This document shows, piece after piece, positions 26,121 to 39,010 of a stretch of DNA of 64,000 bases. The stretch comes from Podarcis muralis (Eukaryota). Position numbers and translations under genes: made by a program. The stretch covers positions 5,642,001-5,706,000 of the forward strand of contig NC_135664.1 of the NCBI RefSeq assembly GCF_964188315.1, in the 5' to 3' direction. A model generated the notes under the pieces. That model was not told the DNA's origin. It did no database searches and saw only the letters and a list, made by a program, of their open reading frames with translations. Position 1 is the stretch's first letter; the number at the start of each line of letters is the position of its first letter.

Positions 26121-26124
<4 letters not shown>

Positions 26125-26875
26125 TGTGTCTAGCATGACCTTATTTTCTGAAAACTATAGTTTGCATAGATGCACTGGCCTGTTACAAAAAAATTAATGG
26201 AATTCTTTGTTCCATTTATTTTTCTAGACAAACAATAAAGGCTTGAATGAAGTGCACCAATAAAAGGTTAGGTCATATCTAACTGAGAAATGACTCCTGA
26301 GTGGAGAGCAAAGATGAAGTACAATAAAAAGAATGGCAGGATGGCAGGAAATAACTGAGATGAAAAATAACTTTCATTCCAACTTCAGGTCATAGCACAA
26401 TCACAACCTGTTGTGATTGTTCAGGCATTTGGAAAGCAAAAGTTCACTAAACTAATGCTAGTTTTTAAAATGTAATGAAATTAAGCTAGTTAATCTCTCT
26501 CACATTTTTTATTTAGCATGTCAGTAGATTAAACTGTATTTATGCCTTTTAAATGAATTAGTTGACATTTTATTTATGTATTTAATCAAAATGTACAGGC
26601 TTTTGTAAAACATCTCTCTAAACTAGTGGATAAAGTCAACAAAAATGAAAAACAAGTAGAATAATAATAATATTGAAAATATGAATAAAATCAGCAGGAT
26701 TGAAAAACAAGTATGCATAATAAAATAACATTTCTGGGTGGGCTTGCCAATCAAATTTTTTTAGCAGGCACTTGAAAGAAGCCCAGTGAAGATGCCTTCC
26801 TGTTCTTAAAAGGGAGGGAGTTACAGAGCATGGGTGCTGCCATACTAAAAGATTGAATCCCCACGTATGGCACTT

Positions 26876-26945
26876 ACAGTGCAATCACATGCATGTCCAC
26901 GCAATGGGAATTACTCCAAAGTAAGTTTGTATAAGATTGCAGCCT
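26876..26945. mobile_element. Internally deleted palindromic MITE (3015 family)
   Basis: cagtgcaatcacatgcatgtc...ttactccaaagtaagtttgtataagattgcagcc. Confidence 0.5.
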
Positions 26946-27202
26946 TAAGGTATATTTTACTTAAGCAGATTCATGGGGTGGCAGCGGGGGCAGGGGTTCA
27001 AAAATGGTCATTTTTTGGGGGGGGGGAATTATACCAGAACATTTTCTGACTCAATATTCCATATTGGAATATTAATCCCTGTCTTCTTTTCAGGCTGTGG
27101 CACTTGTCTTCTAAAGCAACATAGCAGTGTTTTCCAAACTTACGGTGTCTGCTTTTTGTTGTTTAAAGTTAGAGGCACACCACTCGTTTTTATGGTGTAT
27201 GT

Positions 27203-27381
27203 CAGGGCCGGTCCATGATGTTTTGCTGGCAGTGGTAGGCACGCAAGCACACAGCAGAAGAGACAGACAGGTGCACAGTGCCAGCAGTTGGGGGGTGATT
27301 TCTGCTGTCTCCTCCCAGCTGCTCCAAGCCTGCCACCCTGACGCTACTGCTTCACCCCACTTTGTGAGTGGAACGGCTCTG
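27203..27381. mobile_element. Old hAT MITE
   Basis: Ends cagggccgg / cggctctg; degenerate 8-bp TSD gtgtatgt / gtagatgt. Confidence 0.55.
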
Positions 27382-28343
27382 GTAGATGTATATATTTTCT
27401 CAATTGTTTCTCAGAACAGTCAACAGGCATGGTAGAAAAGCCCGGCTAAAATGGTCTGCAAGCATCTTGCACTCTGTGTTTCCCATTACTTTGCAGGATG
27501 GTTGTGAAGCTCTTCAGATTTGCTCATACTGTATGTTTCAGGGAATTGCAGTACATCCCCATTTCCTTCCATGGGATTAAGTTATGGGCAGTATATTGTC
27601 AGAGAGAAGAGAATAAGTGTTGCCTGGTGTCTCTCCACCCCAGTGGGCACAGACAGTGGGAAACATCCAACGTGGTGGCTTAACTTTTCATCTGTTCTCA
27701 TGGCATATCTTGAATCAGTATTTTACGTCATTGTTTTGTGACTAATCTTGTGGGGGTGGGGGTGGACAAGTACATAACTGCATGTAGAACTCTTATGAAG
27801 GTACACTGCTGAGCAGAAAAAGGCGCAAGCATGCAGCAGAGATACTGTGCGTTGAAAATAGTGATGTCTTTCAAGGTTATTCATGACTGTATTTAAATTT
27901 TCATTGTGCTGTGTGACAATTCTTAGACATGAGGGACTGTGCTAGGAAGGCAAACTGACAGACACAAGATTTTAAAATAAAAGTAGCAGTTGTTTTATGT
28001 TTTGCAAGTGTTTCTCAGTTTTTAACTGTTTACTACTTGCATCATTTAAACAGTTTACAGCAGCAAATGTTACAATCACCAAAAAACATAATCTTGTTCA
28101 GACTATGTATTCAGCCTTTGTATTAGTAGGCGATGCCCCCACCCCTAAATTGCCCCCCTATGGATTACAACTCCCATAATCTCTGGCCCACTGGCCAGGT
28201 GATGGGCAGCTGATGGAACTTGTAGTTGAACAATATCTGAAGGTCCCCGTATTGACTTATTGAGCACTCCAGTAAAGCAATGGAACAGATACACTGATCT
28301 TATATAGAAAGTTAGTGCAACAAGACATTTTTTAGAATCTTAA

Positions 28344-28390
28344 GAGTTGGAAATGACACCGCATCTAGTCCAACTCCCTGCAATGCATCC

Positions 28391-28441
<51 letters not shown>

Positions 28442-28468
28442 ATCTATCTATCTACCTACCTACCTACC
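28344..28468 (-). repeat. CR1-type tail fragment followed by (ATCT)n(CCTA)n microsatellite
   Basis: agagttggaa...catctagtccaactccctgcaatgca, then tetranucleotide repeats at 28387-28468. Confidence 0.7.
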
Positions 28469-28542
28469 TAATTACAGCTATTTATATCCAACCTTCGAGG
28501 TTACAAATCCTTCTAAAGCAGTTTCCAAGAAACACTAAACTA

Positions 28543-28968
28543 CCGTACTTTTCCGTCTATTAGACGTCCCATATATAAGACTCCCCCCTATTTTGGGGGA
28601 CTCAATTTTAAGAAAATGAGAGGAAATGGCCCAAAGTTGTTGAGCCTCTCCCCCCATGCAGCTGCGGGCAGGAAACACTCCCTAGATTGTTTCCCATGCA
28701 CAACAGCATCAAGGGAAGTTGTGCTCCAGCCAGCCAGCCGGTTTTGTGCAGCATGTGAGGGGAAGCTGTGCACCGCCAGCCAGATCGCTCCCCGCACGCT
28801 CCCAGATCGCTCCCCGCACGCTCCCAGATCGCTCCCCGCACGCTCCCAGATCGCTCCCCGCACGCAGCAGCATCTCCCCCCATGCCACTATCTGTGTATT
28901 GGGCGACCCCAGTTTTTTGACATGATTTTTGTGTCAAAAAACCTTGTCCAATACATGCAAAAATACGG
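28543..28968. mobile_element. TcMar-Tc2-like MITE containing a 22-bp tandem repeat
   Basis: TA-ccgtactttt ... aaaaatacgg-TA; unit cagatcgctccccgcacgctcc repeated about 3.9 times at 28781-28865. Confidence 0.8.
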
Positions 28969-30322
28969 TATATTTTTAAAACAAGCAAACAATTAATGAT
29001 GATGGAATTCAGTTGTGATGAAGATGATGCCATTGTAGACTTTGGTTGTTTCTACACTAAAGGCCTTTAGTATTACTGAGATATTGCTTTTCTGTAAACT
29101 GGAAAATAGAATCGTTTTTCCACTCAATATACCACTATGTTATCTAGCAGTCTTCTTGTCCATGGCCAAGAATCTTCCATAATGTTAACCTGGGAATCTG
29201 TTGTCCTTTCCAATATTAACCAAACACTTCTTGTAGCTTTAGCCTGTTTCTCTAATGTTGAAGATTCATGGTACATTGCTCCTAAATTACCCTGCGTATA
29301 GCTTCTCCGAATGTCACAAGTGCTGCGGTACTATCAGGTTTGGACTTGGGTTGGCAGGCTCTGACACAGGAGAAGGAAGATGAGAGGAGGGTGAATGGTG
29401 AAGGGGGATCTCGCCTTTCCACCCCAGCATTGGCCACTTTGGAAAGGGGATCTCAGGGATGCTGGCTCTCCACTTCTGACCTTCCTGTGGAACAGAGCAC
29501 CTCTGTGGAAACGGAACAGGAGACAGCTATGACTGAACAAACACTGGAACAGGAGGGTACAGCCTAAAACCAGGTATTGGCTTCTCAGATGGGAGTAGAC
29601 CGATTCCAAAGGATGGTACACTTGCAATCCCAGTATTCACAAGACAGTCTTGCAAATGACCATGCCCTGCCTTGTCTTTAAAAGCTGGTGGGTGGGTAGG
29701 AAACTTGTTGGGACTTCTTCATTGCATCTGTTGAGTTCTGAACTTCTTACACTGCTCCATAACTCCTATATTATGACTCCTGAGCACTGTGTCTGCTGCC
29801 CAGCCTGTACCGTTAGTTGCCTGGATAAAGACGTCTTTCTTGCTTACAAGTAGGAACCTCTGTCTTATGTTTTGAGCAGAAACCAGGATGCTTAACTCTG
29901 TTATTGTCAGCTTTTGTTTCCCTGGGGAAGAGTTTAAATTATTTTGTTTTGCTACATAAAAATGAAAAGACTTTGGGGGGGAGAAGAAATCAGGAATTAA
30001 AGCCGACTCCCTCTTCAGGGGAAGACAATAAGAAGCAATTCAGAGAGGCTATTTTCAGAGGGCAAGCTGGTAGAAACCTTCCTTTTCAGAAAGGCATTTA
30101 GGCTGCAAATTGTTATCTTACTGAATGGTTTATAATTGTCTCTGGCTTCTGAACAATTTTACTGTTGTATTGTGTTACTTTTTAAGCGGTTTATTGTTAT
30201 GGGTTTACTCAGCATAGTCGTTTACATATGTGCTGCCGGGGTGCAGGTAGATAGTAAAGAGCTTAGGCGGCTTCAGCGGTGGGCGCCCCTCAGAATTCAG
30301 CCCTGGGTTTACTGCTATATAG

Positions 30323-30400
30323 TAGAATAGAATCATAGAATCATAGAGTTGGAATAGACTACAAGGACCATCGAGTCCAACCCCCTGCCAAGCAGGAAAC
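30323..30400 (-). mobile_element. CR1 3' terminus
   Basis: tagaatcatagaatcatagagttggaa...ccatcgagtccaaccccctgcc, the reverse CR1 (ATTCTATG)n tail. Confidence 0.75.
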
Positions 30401-31595
30401 CCCCATTGCCAAGCAGTAGTCGGTCATCAACTTTATTTTACTAGTCAGTGGTCTTGACATCTTTCAGATGCACATTCAGTATTTCAAGATTTCCACTCCA
30501 GTTTACAATATAGTAAAAAAACTAAAATAAAACATTAACTTTTTTAAAAAAACAAACCCATAGCATCCAGTACAGTAAAGAGATGGAAGCAGAGCCTGTG
30601 CCTCCTGCTGTGGGGCATGATGGGGAGACGGGATGAAATGAAGAAAATCTTCCCCACTAGTCTGTTCTCCTGACCTTCCCCTACAGCTCCCTTCTACCCC
30701 AGGACTCACAACAATATATTTTATTGCATTAATACACTGTTCAACACTTTGGGGACTTTTGAACCAAAAAGCCACAGCATACCTAATGGTCTGTTTGCTA
30801 ATAATTTGTCACACTTGTTTGGTGTACAGAGAACTTCATGATTCTTCTGTTCATCACAGATGAAGCTGCATTGAATTCTTTCCTCTCTTGATTTTCTAAG
30901 TCACTCCAGGCTTGAATACAAACTGAAGGGGTTAGACTATGACTCCCAAATAAATTTAAGAAAGCAAAGCTATCATAAAAAGGTGGTTTCCAGCCCTTTC
31001 TTTTAAGGTTCGCAGCTGTAAAGCTTCCATTTAACAGTGTATTTGTCTTTTGTGTCAAGAACAAGGCAATTTTTCATGATCTCATTCTCTTTTTCTTTCT
31101 GAAGTCTTCAGCTTGTTGAGTTCAGCAAGAGCTTAAAAACTGACATTAGTGGTATAAAGCTTGAAGGAGCCAATTGATTTGTAAGCCCAAAGAGCCAAAG
31201 GCAAAGTTCTTGACAACATACAACTGCTGAGCCACAGGGTTCTGCTTCTGAAATACTGCCACAGATCATTTCCATTTGCATTGCAAAATGTATAGCAGTA
31301 ATGCAGATCTTAACAAGCGCTTTGCTTAAAATCCCTACAGCACAAATATATTAAGATTCTTTATAGTTCTTTGGAGAAGCATTATTCAAGAACAGTGTCC
31401 TAATGGGAATTAATCACAAACTGTACCCAGACAGAAATATATTTGTCAGTTAAAAGTCTGAGCGAGTGTAGTATATGAAACAAAGAGCAGTTGCCAAGTA
31501 TGCATAGTGATGTGGCTGCCCATTTAAGAATCATAAGGAAAACTGGATCTCATTTGATTGTACAGGTTTTTATAACCTGCTATACCTCCATTGAA

Positions 31596-31945
31596 GGGAT
31601 ACGGGTGGCGCTATGGGTTAAACCACAGAGCCTAGGACTTGCCCATCAGAAGGTCAGCAGTTCGAATCCCCATGACAGGATGAGCTCCCGTTGCTCAGTC
31701 CCTGCTCCTGCCAACCTAGCAGTTCAAAAGCACGTCAAAGTGCAAGTAGATAACTAGGTACCACTCCGGTGGGAAGGCAAATGGTATTTCCGTGCGCTGC
31801 TCTGGTTCGCCAGAAGTAGCTTAGTCATGCTGGCCACATGACCCGGAAGCTGTACACCAGCTCCCTCGGCCAATAAAGCGAGATGAGCGCCGCAACCCCA
31901 GAGTTATCCACGACTGGACCTAATGGTCAGGGGTCCCTTTACCTT
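31596..31945 (+). mobile_element. Full-length Sauria SINE (subfamily B)
   Basis: Head gggatacgggtggcgctatggg, B-box gttcgaatcc, tail cctttaccttt; 15-bp TSD tatacctccattgaa (31581-31595, 31946-31960). Confidence 0.95.
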
Positions 31946-31961
31946 TATACCTCCATTGAAC

Positions 31962-32108
31962 TCACATTTTACCTTCAAAACAACCCAGCAGGACAGGCTG
32001 AGCCAGAGTAACTTCCACTAGGCTTTTCCTAGTGAAATTTATAGTTGGGCAGCGGTTTGAATCCATGGCCAGGCCCCAACATTCTCAATCCAGTACTACC
32101 TTGGCTTT
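31962..32108 (-). mobile_element. Decayed MIR/Squam3-like SINE (host of the adjacent Sauria SINE)
   Basis: cattttaccttcaaaacaacccagcagg...ggtttgaatccatgg...ctcaatccagtactacc resembles a reverse CORE plus tRNA head. Confidence 0.5.
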
Positions 32109-33092
32109 CTAAAGGCTGATTCATGGTGAAAAAGCTGGTTATCTGTGGGCCTATCTCATGTGACTTCAGGAGCATATGCGAGAAGGAGCAAGGTTGGCAG
32201 AACCAATTATATACTTCTGTCCAGGGGAGAAAATAATCACTTTAGCATGGTTAAATTGGCCTGACCAACATGGTTCCTTCAAGCACACGTTGCTACAACA
32301 GTGTGAAATTGCACCAGCATAGTTTTGCACCACTACTTTCGCTTTAGATTACTATCTAGGCTTTATCTTGACATGCAGAGATGTCTACAGCACAGGGGGG
32401 AGGGGGGAGGGCAGGGGGAACTGGAGAAAAAGAGAATGAAAATATATGGAGATAAGTATCTTCACTTGCCAAGATTACCTACAAATTGTTTTATTACTAA
32501 GGGGATGAAAAAGCTCTCACAAGTCTAAATTGCAATTAGAAACAATTTAGTTTCCTGCAGCTCTCCCATGAAAGCTTTAAAATAAAAGGTAAATAGGTAA
32601 ATAGGTAAAGTGTTATCTGTAGCACAAGCAGTTTAGGGACAGATTTGTACATGAATAAGTCAATAAGTGAGAGAGGCTGTTGAAAGATTCATCAATCTTT
32701 AAATGTGAGATTGTTCATTTTGTACTCTACTGAAGATTATCTAGCGATTTTCATGTACTAAATCTGGAAAAGTGCCATACTGGGTGGTTTCTTTTTTCTA
32801 AACCCTGTGAATACAAAGCTAAAAACTGCAGCCAAAACACTGACACATTACAAAGTTATTTATAAATTGGAAGCTTATATCCATCTACCTGTCTGGGATA
32901 ATGGAAAAGATTAGTGGTGCATGATGTAATTGTGTGTTTTCTTTAATGGTATATCTAGCAAGTGTGGGCTCAACAGTAAATATCTGCAGACAGGAGGCTG
33001 ACCTAAGTAATGAAATTTGTTTCCCTGGAGATTGAGCATGGCTGTTGTGTCAATACAACAGCAGAGTGGATGTTTCTGACTGCAAGCATATA

Positions 33093-33340
33093 CAGTCGTA
33101 CCTTGGTTGATGAACGCCTTGTGAGTCAAATGTTTTGGCTCCTGAAAGCCACAAACCCAGAAGTGAGTGTTCTGGTTTGCGAACATTCTTTGGAACCCAA
33201 ACACCTGACGGGCTTCCACGGCTTCAGATTGGCTGCAGGAACTTCCTGCAGCGAATCAGAAGCCGCTCCTTGGTTTTTGAACGTTTTGGAATCCGAACTG
33301 GCTTCCGGAACGGATTCCATTTGACTTCCAAGGTACAACT
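33093..33340. mobile_element. TcMar-Tigger-like MITE
   Basis: TA-cagtcgtaccttgg ... ccaaggtacaact-TA; internal palindrome ttcagattggctgcagga...tcctgcagcgaatcagaa. Confidence 0.85.
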
Positions 33341-33506
33341 TACTTCTGTCTTCAATAAATGTTGGCCTAGGTGGCCTAGGTAGCAATAATACCCAGGCAT
33401 GTGTTCCACCAGCTTCAGCTGGTGCACCAACTGTGACCCTAACTGGCGAGGTCTGACCCAGCCTTAGTGATCCCCTGCCCATGTCCAGGCTTGACTAATG
33501 TAATTA

Positions 33507-33734
33507 CAGTGGTACCTCCGGTTATGAACTTAATCCGTCCCGGAGGTCCATTCTTAAGCCGAAAGCATTCTTAACATGAGGTGTGCTTTCGCTAATGGGA
33601 CCTCCCGCTGTGTGAGTGCCTCCCGCTCGCATCCCGCGGCAAAGTTTGCTTCCAGGAGCCCTACTTCCGGGTCAGCGGAGCTCGTTACCTGAAGTGTTCG
33701 CAAGGAGGACGGTAAGTTACCAGAGGTTCCACTG
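33507..33734. mobile_element. TcMar-Tigger-like MITE
   Basis: TA-cagtggtacctccggtta ... taccagaggttccactg-TA. Confidence 0.85.
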
Positions 33735-34052
33735 TAGGTCTATGTGGTGTTGCCTTTAAAGACAGCTTGGAAAGTTCAGCTGGTGCAAAATGCACCTACC
33801 TGATGTGGTCTAGACTGCCAGATCATGTAACGCCAGTACTATAGAAGTGGCGCTGTTTGGCAGCGTGTTTCCAAGCCCATTTTGTGTTGTGAATTGGATA
33901 TTGAATAATAATAATAATATATTCGAATTACTATTAATGCCTTTTTGTTTGTTGAGTTTGTACTTTGAATTTTTAATATAGAAGAATATCACTCTGAAAG
34001 GCAGAATATAAATGTTTAAAAAGATGTGCCTCTAGGAAACTGCAACCTAAAC

Positions 34053-34453
34053 TATTATTATTATTATTATTATTATTAATTTATTAAATTTGCATACTGC
34101 CCTTCAGCCGAAGATCAGTAGGCAGTTCACAGCATGAAAATACAAAATGAAAACACAAAGTACATAATAAAACAAAAACCAATTGTCCCCACCCCACAAA
34201 CGCATTTGAAAGCCATAGAATGTTAATCAGCCAAATTCCTGGTTGAAGAGAAATGTTTTGCCTGGTGCCTAAAGTTATGTAATGAAGGCGCCAGGTGAGC
34301 CTCCATAAGGAGAGCATTCCACGAACAAGGAGCCACTGCAGAAAAGGCTCATTTTCATGTTGCCACCCTCCAGACTTCTCGTGGAGGAAGAACACGAAGA
34401 AAGGCCTCAGATTATGAACTTGGGGTCTGTGTTGGTCCATCTGGGGTGAGACC
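34053..34453 (-). mobile_element. L2 LINE 3' portion with (AAT)n tail
   Basis: Reverse-strand ...gagagcattccac...ggagccactgcagaaaaggc corresponds to the L2 AFSAVAP.LWNAL motif; (ATT)n run at the left end. Confidence 0.8.
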
Positions 34454-34755
34454 ATCGTATACTTATTATTTGCTGCTCAGTGATTTATTTTAAAGTGGAA
34501 TATCTCTCTTTCAAATTGTTGAAAAATTGTGTTATGGAATGCAGTAGAACTTCTCTGTTGTTTAAATTATGTCTTTATTAACATAAGCAATCATTGGCTT
34601 GCAGAATATAACAGGCCTTATTCAGATGTCATGAAACTGCCATTGTGGAAACAAGCTTAGGTGAAGTTTGGGCTCATTTTCATCCCTGCCCTTCCAGAGG
34701 AGATCACTTGACTAATTGCAGTTTACTTTTATATCTCAACCTGGACAAACTACTA

Positions 34756-35700
34756 CAGTGGTACCTCGGGTTAAGTACTTAATTTGTTCCGGAGGTCCAT
34801 TCTTTTTTTTTATTTTATAAAAGATATTTATTTAAGTTTCCAAAAATTTTATAAAAGTAAAAAAGAACAAAAATACAAACAAAACACAGACAACAACAAG
34901 TATAATTTCAATCCCTTATTTTCTTATACCTTACTTTCCCGACCTCCTCATACCTCCCCTTTCTGTATTCCAATTTCTAATTATTTAATTCAGCAAATCC
35001 CTCCCATATTTTCTATTGATTTTCAACCTTTCTTTTCTTAATTGCATGATCATTACAGCTAGAAACCACTTAATTTCTAAACCAACATCATTCTAACATT
35101 CAATAATTTTACAATGTTTCTTAAGATAGTCCTTAAATTTCTTCCAATCTTCTTCCGCCGTCTCTTTTCCCTGGTCTCGGATTCTGCCGGTCATTTCTGC
35201 CAATCCCATATAGTCTATCACCTTCATCTGCCATTCTTTCACGGTGGGTAGATCTTCTGTCTTCCAATACTTTGCGATGAGTATTCTTGCTGCTGTTGTA
35301 GCATACATAAAAAAAGTTCTATCCTTCTTTGACACCAATTGGCCGACCATACCCAGGAGAAAGGCCTCTGGTTTCTTCAAAAAGGTATATTTAAATACCT
35401 TTTTCATTTCATTATATATCATTTCCCAGAAAGCCTTAATCCTTGGGCATGTCCACCAAAGGTGAAAGAATGTACCTTCAATCTCTTTACACCGGAGGTC
35501 CATTCTTAACCTGAAACGGTTCTTAACCTGAAGCACCACTTTAGCTAATGGGGCCTCCTGCTGCCGCTGCACTGCCGCTGCACGATTTCTATTCTCATCC
35601 TGAAGCAAAGTTCTTAACCCGAGGTAATATTTCTGGGTTAGCGGAGTCTGTAACCTGAAGCGTATGTAACCTGAAGCGTATGTAACCCGAGGTACCACTG
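34756..35700. mobile_element. TcMar-Tigger-like MITE split by an L1 insertion
   Basis: TA-cagtggtacctcgggtta ... taacccgaggtaccactg-TA; internal ccggaggtccattctt duplicated around the L1. Confidence 0.9.
34805..35491 (-). mobile_element. 5'-truncated L1-clade LINE (ORF2 C-terminus, 3' UTR, poly-A)
   Basis: Translates CKEIEGTFFHLWWTCPRIKAFWEMIYNEMKKVF...AEMTGRIRDQ (L1 Cys/His domain); T-run is the reverse poly-A; 16-bp TSD ccggaggtccattctt (34789-34804, 35492-35507). Confidence 0.92.
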
Positions 35701-36983
35701 TATTAGATTTAACTATGCTTTACTGAAGCAAGCCAACCTCTGGCTATTATTAGTCACAGTTTAGGGTTTCAATATCATGCTGAACTCTGTTTAGTCAATT
35801 CTTGAAGTGAAAGCTTCTGATTTGCTTCTTGCTGTTCTGCTGGAGAAGGAGACAAGAGGGGGAGTCCATAAGCCTGATGCTCTCCTTGGCTTACTCCTAT
35901 ATCGGTACGCCATAGTTTATCATTCCATAGATACACAACCTCTTGTTGTGATATGGTTGAACGTCCATATTTGTGTGATTTGTTCTTTCATGTCAGAATG
36001 TATCAGAGTTCTTTCTCAAAGAGGGGGCACAGTTTGTTCCAGCATAAGTAACAAAACAAAATCCTTTGTAGTGTGTACATTTAAAGCTGTCTCCTGGAAT
36101 CTGTTCTTCTGTTGCTCTTGGCCACATGAACTTTCCTGTTGTCAGTAAAACCTAGAAAACATGGCACTGAGATTCTGGTTCTGCCACAAGTGTGTGCTCA
36201 TTTCTCATGAGACAATAGTCACAAGTGAAATTTGAGGTCTTCAAATTAGTGTTGTGCTTTTGAAGAATAGTCATGTCCAACAGCCTTGCATGGTGAGTGG
36301 TATGAAAGGCCGTTCTTGGAGTGACTAGAGGGTCACCAGGGAAACAGCCTTTTTGAAACCTTCATGCTTATTTAGCCTTGAATCCACATTGGGACCCAAA
36401 GTGCAGAACACAGAAAGCTCTTTGGTGCGGTTTTCCAGTAATTCCGTTGCTTGTACATACATAGTTTTCCTTGGCTGGGGCTGCTGTTATTATTCAATAA
36501 AGAGAGGCAGCATAATCAACAGAATTTTCAACTGGGAAATATTTAAAGGTCTCTTTTCAGTAATTAACTTACTACTATAAGCTTTGAGCAACAACAAACT
36601 GTAATTCATTACTTATAGCCTTCATTTTTAAAAAAAGAAACTAAAAACCATGAATGTAAAAAATGTAACAATGATTTAGATTTTTTTTATCATTGGAAGC
36701 TTAAATTATATGTATTTTCTTAGGTTGCTGGATATACGTCTAAATGTATGTCCTAAATTACTAGCAATTTTGTTATAGATCATGGGTGTGATCCAGCAGT
36801 TCAGCCCCTTCCTAGCAAACCAAGGTTTCATTTTTGTTTTTCAGTGTCCAGTTTTCATTGCATTTTGCAAATAACACCACTCCCATTTGTTCCATTTTGG
36901 ATGCCAGAGTTTTGGCAGAGTCAGAGATGTATGGAGTCAGGACACCATCTGGTCATGTTGTTTAGGGTATTTTTCAGTAGGTG

Positions 36984-37166
36984 CAACTTGAGGATGTGAA
37001 CAAACGGCTTTATGTTTTGGAGCCTATCACTTGCTCTCTTGATACTTGTTCTTCCTTTCTTGTGAAATTCAGGTTGATTGGACTTGCTATATGGATCCTG
37101 AAAGTGAGTGATATTTCATTGAGGGAAAGAGTCATTCCTATTGCCTTGAAAAAGGGCAAAATATAA
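36984..37166 (+). mobile_element. Ancient L2 ORF2 fragment
   Basis: QLEDVNKRLYVLEPITCSLDTCSSFLVK...SLRERVIPIALKKG resembles the L2 motif EDVDKVL...PTTC.LDPCPSWL...SLREG.VP..LK.A. Confidence 0.6.
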
Positions 37167-37289
37167 TCCTATGGTTCTGAGAAAATACTGTCCAGTATAA
37201 ATTTGTGTTTTTCCTTAATAAGGGTAATGACATCTTAATATTGGGTAGTTTTGCGAGAAGCTAATTATTTAATTTTCAATATGATTTCT

Positions 37290-38092
37290 GGCCTGGTTAT
37301 AAGATGGGTACAGCCTTGGTTGTCTTGGAGGATTGCTGATCAGGAATGAGAGCAAGCTGGGACCTTCATTAACAACTCTGTAGTTCAGCAAATTTCGGCA
37401 GAAAGTGAAGCTTGAAGCCAGCACCTGTCAGCAGCTGATAGGCGCTGAATCCAAGCTCCTTGGGATTGGCTTCTTACTCATTGAAAAGGCATTCCACAGA
37501 AAAGGCTCACCACAATGAGCATTGGCTGTGAGCCACTCTTCTCACTTGTGGCAGCTACTTCTTGTCTCTCACCTGGAGTTTCACCTTGAACAAGTGAGGC
37601 CTGTCTCAGCTCTCTTCGTAATACATGGTGTCAAAAGTGGATTAATGCTGCCACTAACTTCTAGAACCAGATTCTAAAAGCTAAAAGCAAGCCCTGTAGC
37701 TCTTAAAACTCTTGAGCAGGCACTAAGAAAATACCTGGAAGAGCCTCAGAAGCAGTAAGTGTATGCTGATGCGTAGCACAGGAGGGGCCACCCCACCCCA
37801 GGGTAGGAGAACAACTGGCCAGGGTCTGGTCTTGCCTGGAGCTGGGAGGCACAAATGGCTGACTTGCGCTCTCTGCTGTACCAAAGCTGTGATTGGGGGG
37901 AGCAAGTTCTCTTGGGGTACTAATGATGTGAGCTCTTCCATCTTATGCTTAGCCAGTACCCGTGTAAATAAAAACATATATCACAAAGCCACCAGAGTCC
38001 CCAGTGGCCTTCATTACAGGGAAACTAAAATTGAGGTTTCTGCAGGCACTACTCAAGTACTGCTTGGAGATTGGAGTCTGTGTAGCAGAACA
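37290..38092 (+). mobile_element. Possible old LTR-type sequence
   Basis: GC-richer block ending ...cagaaca, AATAAA near 37967; ttctg flanks both sides, but there is no clean 5' TG. Confidence 0.3.
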
Positions 38093-38506
38093 TTCTGCTC
38101 ATACCAGCTGCATTGTTACTATAATCACTTGACTAGTAGGTTGCTCATACATAATATTTATTACTTAGGATTTTTATGTGTCCGGCTCAGTTCAGGCTTA
38201 ATGAGAAGCCCTGGATTGCTACTATATGACTAAGCTCCTGCAGCCTTGGCATTCTCATGGTCCTCCCTTCTGCCTCCTCCTCTTTTGCTTCCAATTCTTT
38301 TAAAAGCCACAGCTTCCTGTGATATCCAAATTTGTGGAACTATGACTTATTTGAACCATGAGATCAAGCTAGAATCAAATCCTACTTTCAGATTCTAGCT
38401 TGTTCTGAAATCACAGTATAAACAAGCCAAAGTTTTCAGGGTTAGGGCATCCTGGAGTATTAAAATCAGAAACCTCTGTTTCTGATCGCCTTCCCTGGCA
38501 TGTGGA

Positions 38507-38536
38507 GGAGGAGGAGGAGGAGGAAGAGGAGGAGGA
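38507..38536. repeat. (GGA)n microsatellite
   Basis: Read directly from the sequence. Confidence 0.9.
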
Positions 38537-38650
38537 CAACAGGGAAGGGAGAGTGCATTACGCCGATTCTTACCACAGCTCATTAATGTAATAAGAAACC
38601 CAGTGTGAACTGGGCCTATAAATTTACTAATCACCAATTTCTAATAATAA

Positions 38651-39010
38651 GGGACGCGGGTGGCGCTGTGGGTTAAAGCCTCAGCGCCTAGGGCTTGCCG
38701 ATCGAAAGGTCGGCGGTTCGAATCCCCGCGGCGGGGTGCGCTCCCGTTGTTCGGTCCCAGCGCCTGCCAACCTAGCAGTTCGAAAGCACCCCCGGGTGCA
38801 AGTAGATAAATAGGGACCGCTTACCGGCGGGAAGGTAAACGGCGTTTCCGTGTGCTGCTCCGGCTCGCCAGATGCAGCTTGTCACGCTGGCCACGTGACC
38901 CGGAAGTGTCTCCGGACAGCGCTGGCCCCCGGCCTCTTAAGTGAGATGGGCGCACAACCCTAGAGTCTGTCAAGACTGGCCCGTACGGGCAGGGGTACCT
39001 TTACCTTTAC
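38651..39010 (+). mobile_element. Full-length Sauria SINE (subfamily A)
   Basis: Head gggacgcgggtggcgctgtggg, B-box ggttcgaatcc, tail acctttacctttac; TSD aatttctaataa (38636-38647, 39012-39023); CpG-rich. Confidence 0.95.

Noticed and set aside
35093-35698. 201-aa ORF as a novel protein
   Set aside because: Chance in-frame fusion of Tigger-MITE sequence with the L1 ORF2 C-terminus.
38651-38740. tRNA gene (A and B boxes)
   Set aside because: This is the tRNA-derived head of a Sauria SINE, continuous with the SINE body, tail and TSD. The same applies to the other SINE heads.
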